From Chrysomallon squamiferum (lineage: Eukaryota > Animalia > Mollusca): a stretch of 64,000 nucleotides of DNA. This document shows positions 56,580 to 64,000 of this stretch, piece by piece (the first letter of the stretch is position 1; each line of letters opens with the position of its first letter). Made by a program: the position numbers and the translations under genes. Location: positions 9,982,001-10,046,000 of the forward strand of contig CM022671.1 in NCBI GenBank assembly GCA_012295275.1, given 5' to 3'. The notes under the pieces are model-generated. The model had not been told where the DNA came from, did not search any database, and worked only from the letters and a program-made list of their open reading frames with translations.

Positions 56580-57019
56580 CAGTGTACATCTCTCACACAA
56601 GGGCGTTAACTCTAAATATATCAGTGAACATCGCTCACACAAGTGCGGTAACTCTAAATATATCAGTGAAGATCGCTCACACAAGGGCGGTAACTCTAAA
56701 TATATCAGTGAACATCTCTCACACAAGGGCGGTAAATCTAAATATATCAGTGAACATCTCTCATAGAAGAAAAACAAACGGTACGGATTCCAGACGAGAA
56801 CTGTTTATACGCGAAATGATAAAGAATCTGACGTAGATGTAGACAGTGAGGATAGACAACCTCAGCAGTCTGCTCCGCAACTTATTCACCCGCAATATCC
56901 CGCTTTCAGTTATTTATGTATTTTTGTAAATTTTTCATTATATTTCTTAGCATTTTGTGTGTCGTGTGCCTGCAATTTTTTCAAGTGTCCTCCGACTTCA
57001 AAACGTTTGAGAACCACTG
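55964..57019. mobile_element. non-autonomous hAT (Charlie-like) element containing a 39-bp minisatellite
   Basis: TIRs CATTGGTTCTCAAA...TTTGAGAACCACTG; perfect 8-bp TSD TTTTAATC (55956-55963, 57020-57027); internal tandem tctcacacaagggcggtaactctaaatatatcagtgaaca at ~56470-56765. Confidence 0.88.
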
Positions 57020-57796
57020 TTTTAATCTATTGGGATGTATTATGAAGAAAGCGTAGCCTATCATATGGCGCCCAGCAGTGGTCACGATCAAATGAAATGT
57101 AAATGTAAACTTAAAATCTAAGTAGTTAATTCTGTCCTTAATTATTAATTGTGAGGCTATACTTGTTTTTTCATTCACACACACACACACATGGGCCAAG
57201 AAGAAGAATATCCATTAATGCTATGATAATGAATAAAACATTTTTTTTTTTTTTTTTTTTTTTTACAGCAACAGATTGCAAGTTCTCAGACGTGTTGTTG
57301 ATAAAAAGTGTATAAGATTTGTGGAAAAGATCGAGCCTAAATAACTACATATAAAATACTACATTTAAAAAAAAGAAAAGAAAAAAAAAAAAGAAAAAAG
57401 GAAAACAAAAGAAACAATAATAATAATAATAATAATAATAACAAAAAGAAACAGAATTTTTTATTATTATTATAGAATGTTTAAAAAAGATCATTGAATT
57501 AATATATTATAAAATTTAAAGATAATTTTGCTGAGTTTAACATATAAATATTCAAGAAATTTTGAGATTTGGGATAAATCGCATATTGACTATCTTACAG
57601 ATAATTCAGTATTTATATTGTATTTATCTGTCTATCTATCAGTCTACACACACACATGCACACAGACATAAGTAGACTGGTAAATAGAGAGAAAGAAAGA
57701 GAAAGAGTGAAATAGAGGTACAAACACATGTATGCAAAATAAAATATAAAAAAATTCTGAGTATACGAGTGTGTGTCGTGTATTTGTTCCATATGG

Positions 57797-57904
57797 TGAG
57801 TCATGGGAATACTAGAGTACGCTCACGTCACGCAGCTAACCCAGTAAGATAATATTTAAACATTTTATATCTGTCTCTTCAGTTTTCACTTCAATCAGGT
57901 AAGC
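57797..57904 (+). promoter_or_regulatory. putative core promoter and non-coding exon 1 of the peptide-precursor gene
   Basis: TGAGTCA (57797), TCACGTCA (57823), TATTTAAA (57853) 28 nt upstream of Inr-like TCAGTT (A at 57881), donor CAG|GTAAGC at 57899; the next acceptor precedes ATG 58308. Confidence 0.55.
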
Positions 57905-57947
57905 AGAGTTTGGTCCTTTTTCACAAATGTGATTTAAAATAATAATC

Positions 57948-57985
<38 letters not shown>

Positions 57986-58307
57986 TTTCAAAACACTTTG
58001 TGTACTCTGAACAGAACGCAACGCTTAACGTCTTTCAGATAACATTTATTTGTTTAATAATTCAAAAATAATCGATTATTATTATTAATATTATTATTAT
58101 TATTATTATTATTATTAAAAACAAAAAGAAAGACAGCTTTCTAAGTAAGAATTCAACATTAGAAACTAAAACGAATTTAAAAGGTTATGATTTCAAATAG
58201 ATTCTGTAAGAAAATATATTATATAAAATTTAAAAAATACTTTATTCTGAAATAATGTGTGTGTGTGTGTGTTTGACAGATCATTCTTACATTTCAGACG
58301 GAGCATC

Positions 58308-59943
58308 ATGAAGGTTTTAGTTATCGTGACTCTGTGTATTGCAGTAACTTCAGCTTACGATGGTAACTTTTATCATAAATATAAAATTATACTTTAACAA
58401 TCAGTAAACATTCTTCGGGTGTTATTATTTCATTTTAATCTGTTCTTCAATAAATATTTTAAAATAACAATTTTAATCAGTTATTTTAGGTAGATCAAGC
58501 TAAAGTGACACTTAAAATTCATATATATGAAAATATTGTGATAATAAATTTTGAAGATCAGTAACTTTGTTATTTTAATAAATTATAAAGATTTAATATA
58601 CAGGGTGACTGGAAAGTCATTCCCTATTTTAAACAGTCCATAATTTTTTTATTTGCACTTGATTAAAAGGATTTCCAAACTTCGTACGTGATTCTACCTG
58701 GGCACGTTCTTTTAGAGTCAACTTTCTTTGCATCTTAATAGGGTTTTTGAATTTTAAACAAAATAATTAATCTGAAAAGAAAAACAATAATACTTTTAAA
58801 CAAAATAATCATCTGAAAAGAAAATAACAATCTAGATTTAATTTTCATATATTAAATAACATAAATGAAGGAACTGAGAAAAAAGTAAGAGCAAATTAAA
58901 AAATTATGAACTGTTTAAAATAGGGAATGACTTTTCAATCACCCTGTATATAATATACAAACGTTATATTTCATTATAAAAAAATATTTCTTTATTTCAT
59001 GAATTCTTCATATTATTTTTATTTTATTATTATTTTTTTTTTTCTCTTTAATTTATTGTTATTGCAGAGAGAGGCCTTGCAGACTTTCTTGAAAATGCCA
59101 CCAAAGGAACAAAACTGGGTACAGCATTTGAAGTGATCAGTGCTTTTGGAAAAGTTAGCAAATTCATTCATGATCTTAAGAGTATAGCACCAGCTGCTCA
59201 TGCTGCTCTGACTGACAGCATCAGAGACATCAAAGGAAGCATTAATAAGGTCACAACCAAACTCACAGGACAGGTGGAAGATAAATTAGGTACTGATTAT
59301 GATTTTTTTTTCTTTCTGTTTTGTTATCGTAAGGCTTCCTGTAGCTACGTGGTTGTCTCAAGATGGTTGTAGCAAAATGATAATAAGCATTGTAGCATAA
59401 TGACTGTGGCAAGATGGTCGTGGCTAAACTGTTGTTGCAAGACGGATATTGCAAAGAGTTTTGTGGCAGTATATAATTAGAAAGTTATAGCTATATGAAT
59501 CTTGCATAACTATATAATGATAGAGTAAGAGAATAGATAATGTTCTGTTTAGAAATAATTTTTGAAAATATTTATTTATTGTTGTTAACCATTCATTTAT
59601 ATTATTTTCTTAAAAGGTAAACGCGGCCTAGCAGATCTTCTTGCAAGTGCTACGAAGGGAACTAAATTGGGAGCCGCCTTTGATGTCATCAGTGCTTTTG
59701 GAAAAGTGAGCAAGTTTATCAAAGATCTGAAAAACATCGCTCCCACAGCCCATGCAGCCTTGACCGACAGCATCAAAGATATCAAGGAAAGCATGAATAA
59801 CATCACAACAAAACTCACAGGAGAAATCGAATCCAATTTAGGTATGTAATGGAAAAGTCTTTGTTATTATTATCATCATCTCCGTTATAATTAATATATA
59901 CAAATATTTAAATATTAGTTTAAATTAGTAAACAAAGTACAGA

Positions 59944-60001
<58 letters not shown>

Positions 60002-60353
60002 TTATGTCTATAATTTTATTTTCTTAAAAGGAAAACGCGGCCTAGCAGATCTTCTTGCAAGTGCTACGAAGGGAACTAAATTGGGAGCCGCCTTTGATGT
60101 CATCAGTGCTTTTGGAAAAGTGAGCAAGTTTATCAAAGATCTGAAAAACATCGCTCCCGCAGCCCATGCAGCCTTGACCGACAGCATCAAAGATATCAAG
60201 GAAAGCATGAATAACATCACAACAAAACTCACAGGAGAAATCGAATCCAATTTAGGTATGTAATGGAAAAGTCTTTGTTATTATTATCATCATCTCCGTT
60301 ATAATTAATATATACAAATATTTAAATATTAGTTTAAATTAGTAAACAAAGTA

Positions 60354-60450
<97 letters not shown>

Positions 60451-61019
60451 TTATGTCTATAATTTTATTTTCTTAAAAGGAAAACGCGGCCTAGCAGATC
60501 TTCTTGCAAGTGCTACGAAGGGAACTAAATTGGGAGCCGCCTTTGATGTCATCAGTGCTTTTGGAAAAGTGAGCAAGTTTATCAAAGATCTGAAAAACAT
60601 CGCTCCCGCAGCCCATGCAGCCTTGACCGACAGCATCAAAGATATCAAGGAAAGCATGAATAACATCACAACAAAACTCACAGGAGAAATCGAATCCAAT
60701 TTAGGTATGTAATGGAAAAGTCTTTATTATCGTCATCGTCACCTTTATAGTTAATATTTGCAATACCATTAAACAAAGTACTTATGTCGATAATATAATC
60801 GCAAACCTTTAGCCTAGGCTTTTATCCATAACAGTTTCCAGCAGCAATCCTATTTGTATATGTGAATATTATTGTATATGTGTAATTATATATAATATAT
60901 AACATATTCAGTTCTGAGAAAGAGAAATATATAGAGAAGGGATACAGAGATACAGGCAGTAAGCAATAACAATATTAACAACAACAACATATTAATAATA
61001 ATCACAGTATAATTCTTAA

Positions 61020-61079
<60 letters not shown>

Positions 61080-61360
61080 GAACTGGAAATTCTTGAATGT
61101 TTTATTTTTACTTTGATAAATAATTATTCAGATTTGTTCTTGCAGGGAAACGATCATTAACAGATCTTCTTGCGAGTGCTGCAAAAGGAACGAATTTAGG
61201 GAAAGCTTTTGATATTATAAGCGCATTTGGAAAAGTGACCAAACTTATCACTGATGTAAAAAATATTGCTCCAGAGGCGCATGCCATCTTAACCGACAGC
61301 ATCAAAGACGTGAACGTCGCCATAAGCAGCATCGTAAAAGGACTCATTCATGCTTTGTAA
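58308..61360 (+). CDS. secreted polyprotein precursor of five linear amphipathic ~70-aa peptides (~388 aa; family not recognised)
   Basis: exons 58308-58362 (signal MKVLVIVTLCIAVTSA-YD), 59068-59289, 59617-59841, 60031-60255, 60480-60704, 61146-61360; all phase-1 GT-AG introns, open frame of 1167 nt; G-K-R between units; AATAAA overlaps the stop. Confidence 0.9.
58601..58946. mobile_element. Tc1/mariner-type MITE in the precursor gene intron
   Basis: TA|CAGGGTGACTGGAAAGTCATTCCCTATTTTAAACAG...CTGTTTAAAATAGGGAATGACTTTTCAATCACCCTG|TA; ~60-bp TIRs, TA TSD. Confidence 0.92.
59600..60730 (+). repeat. recent exon+intron tandem triplication (periods 414 and 449 bp)
   Basis: exons and flanking intron sequence are nearly identical; the period difference is due to (CT)n length (~59945-59995 vs ~60358-60444). 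Confidence 0.95.
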
Positions 61361-61394
61361 TAAAGATAATGTTACAAAGATAAACATCATTATC

Positions 61395-61451
<57 letters not shown>

Positions 61452-63437
61452 CAAGATTGTTGGAAGATTATTTATTATTTGTCTTACTATTATGCTGAAA
61501 TTAAAATTAAGTATTTTGAAATTAGAAATTATCTGTTTACTTCTTTATACAGGTCGTCTTACAGTCCCGCTACAATACTTAATTAATGTTGTTGATTTCT
61601 ACTTAATATGAATATAAAGTTTTTTTCATTTCTTTTTACATATTTAAGATGTTTCACTTTCTCACATTCGTTAGTACTAGGCCATGTACATGAGCCTTGG
61701 CAGACAATCAAATATCTCTACACGTCACTAACAGCAAAACAACTGAAAAACCTAAACTCTGCGACTGGTTAAATTAAAATAAACTGCGTCATTTGTTTCA
61801 TCAACGATCAAATTTTGGCATAGGTTAAACAACGTAAACTAAAACGGTGCAGAACTACAACATGTACAGTGCGGGAGTACAACAATTATATTTTTCATAT
61901 ATTTTGAGTTGTTTCCCTCTTCTTTTTTTTTCTCTTAATCTGTGGAAAACACTGCGTGTTTTGTTTGGTTTTTAGGTGTTTCATTTATTTATTTATTTTA
62001 TTATTATTTTTTTTTTTTTTTTGATATATGAGCGGTTTGGTATTTTAAAAGATATTGTCCTGTAATAAACTGAGTACTCACTCTTCAATCTATTATACTG
62101 CAGAATACTTAATCATCGTCATATTTTATTTCAGTGAAATATTTTGTCATAATCAGCTGTGTAATTTATATCCATCGAGAGAACTTTAGAATCAGCCTGA
62201 CATTGGAAAATAGTCGATTATTTTTGGCTAAATAATGACCTCTAAGGTTAGTTTTTGGTTTCACATAATTATATCACTATGTTTAGATAGTGACCAAATT
62301 AAATCTCATTAGAATACCTCAGACATGTTGAGAATAATGATAGTTATTTATTCGTGCCATTTTACTTTTTAAGATACTGTAACCAACGCTGAACTAGCAA
62401 GTCACTCCAGTAAACTAAATTATCTCATCTACGATCGTTCGAAAAACTGCATTTTCGATATCATTGAAAAAACAATAATTTTTCTTGGGACTGCCAAATA
62501 ACATAAAATACGAATATTCACAATTGAATTATGACTTATTTATTAAGTTTAAATTGGACGTAAGGAATATATAAACATAACAAATAATATGAACAATTAA
62601 CTTTCGAACAGCACATTTTTAAACACATATTAATTGATGAATTACTGATATTTTAAATTCTGTTATTTCTACTGTATTTTAGAAACTTGAAATTATTGGT
62701 TCGTTAAATTGTGTATACTGTTGTTTTGTTGTTTTTACACAATATGTTTATTAATACAGTTCCGTGATCTCATACAGAAACTGTGATCTTTGTGTCTGAG
62801 TAGTAAAAGTAGTAATGACAACAAAAGCAACAATAAACAACATTTAACTTTAAGAACCTTTTTAATTTTTGATGAAACATGTGTCGCAAACGATTTATAT
62901 GTGAAATTTCAGAACATTTCATTTATTTATTTATATATATTTTTTTTTTTCGTTCTGGTGAAAATAACACATATAATACATTTTACTTATTTACTATTGA
63001 TCATATTTTGATAAAATTTTGGGAATTGGACCTTCTACAGTTATACATACTAATTTATTATCGGTTGACATTTGAAGATTGGACCCAAGTCGATTTTAAC
63101 CTAGGTCGGACATTACTATTCATAGAATCCATATTATTATATGTAATCATGGCATATCAAACTTAAGTCACCCATAGCTTTATTCTTCTTCTTCTTTTTT
63201 ATGAACCCTTTAATTAGTTTAAATCAAACACAGTTCACTCTACAATGTGTTTAATGACTGATACAAATAAACAACAAAACAACAACAAAAAATAACAATG
63301 AAATAAATAAAATAATAAAAATAAATAAATAAATAAATAAAGCCAGAATATTTACTGGTGCTGGAGAATGAACCAAACATTTCGCTGCCTTGGTTAGCTG
63401 ATGGAGTCGTTTTCTTCATAAATCTAGCGGTAAGGAC

Positions 63438-63481
<44 letters not shown>

Positions 63482-64000
63482 TTTTGAATAAAAACATTAA
63501 AAAATGTATCTTTGTTTATTTTTCAAGTAAAGTTCCTGATAGAATGATATTCATTCCACTTACCATTACCTAGGTCGATCTCCTAAGTCTACTGCTACTA
63601 CAGCTACCACTGCTCCTAAAATAACAGTTGTAAGTTTTCTCATGTGTAAAGATAAAAATAACATTATCAGTCCGCCGATACCCTACATTACGCGCATACA
63701 TACATACATATACAGATACATAAAAATGAGTAATCTGATCAGAATGTAGTACGAACTGAAATAATATAAATAAGTTGAACTAAAAAAATGTTGACAAAGG
63801 AGATCTTCAAAGGTACCTTAGATCCATAGCTTTCCCTAAATTAAGTCAGTTTATCTGCGAAATGGTATTTTGTTTTCAAATAAATAATTGTTTTACTGAT
63901 AAAACTAGAATCATTTTCTAAGTTAATTCAAAATTTTATATAAGCTATCTAAGGAATAATAATTAGTAGTATTTCAACAAAAGGAAGCTTTATTTCAGTA

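Noticed and set aside
57269-57344. Possible terminal exon NRLQVLRRVVDKKCIRFVEKIEPK* after a poly-T/CAG acceptor
   Set aside because: No upstream exon could be linked and no motif is recognisable; may be chance
59597-61347. Minus-strand hydrophobic ORFs (MDSISPVSFVVMLF...)
   Set aside because: Antisense shadows of the plus-strand peptide exons, which have the signal peptide, splice sites and processing motifs

Overview
AT-rich eukaryotic (animal, probably lophotrochozoan/mollusc-like; an inference) genomic DNA with GT-AG introns. Most entries in the ORF track are noise from repeats. Three intact multi-exon genes can be rebuilt by hand: ABHD6-like alpha/beta-hydrolase (minus, 35160-42612, ~332 aa), RBM17/SPF45 splicing factor (plus, 44535-50289, head-to-head with ABHD6), and a secreted, cysteine-free polyprotein precursor I do not recognise (plus, 58308-61360, ~388 aa). 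In the precursor each of five exons encodes one ~70-aa amphipathic helical peptide, and Gly-Lys-Arg amidation/cleavage signals are formed across splice junctions. This is the main candidate novel system. Upstream of it lie two decayed prokineticin/colipase-like Cys-rich peptide genes. The left part holds a multi-exon pseudogene and TE remnants (hAT MITEs, MULE, LINE RT, Tc1). A ~15.4-kb composite higher-order satellite (18950-34345) is built around a GAGTTRYCTCCCTT motif. ABHD6 intron 2 contains a Sola2-type element nested in a Tigger remnant. No CRISPR array, rRNA or tRNA was seen.
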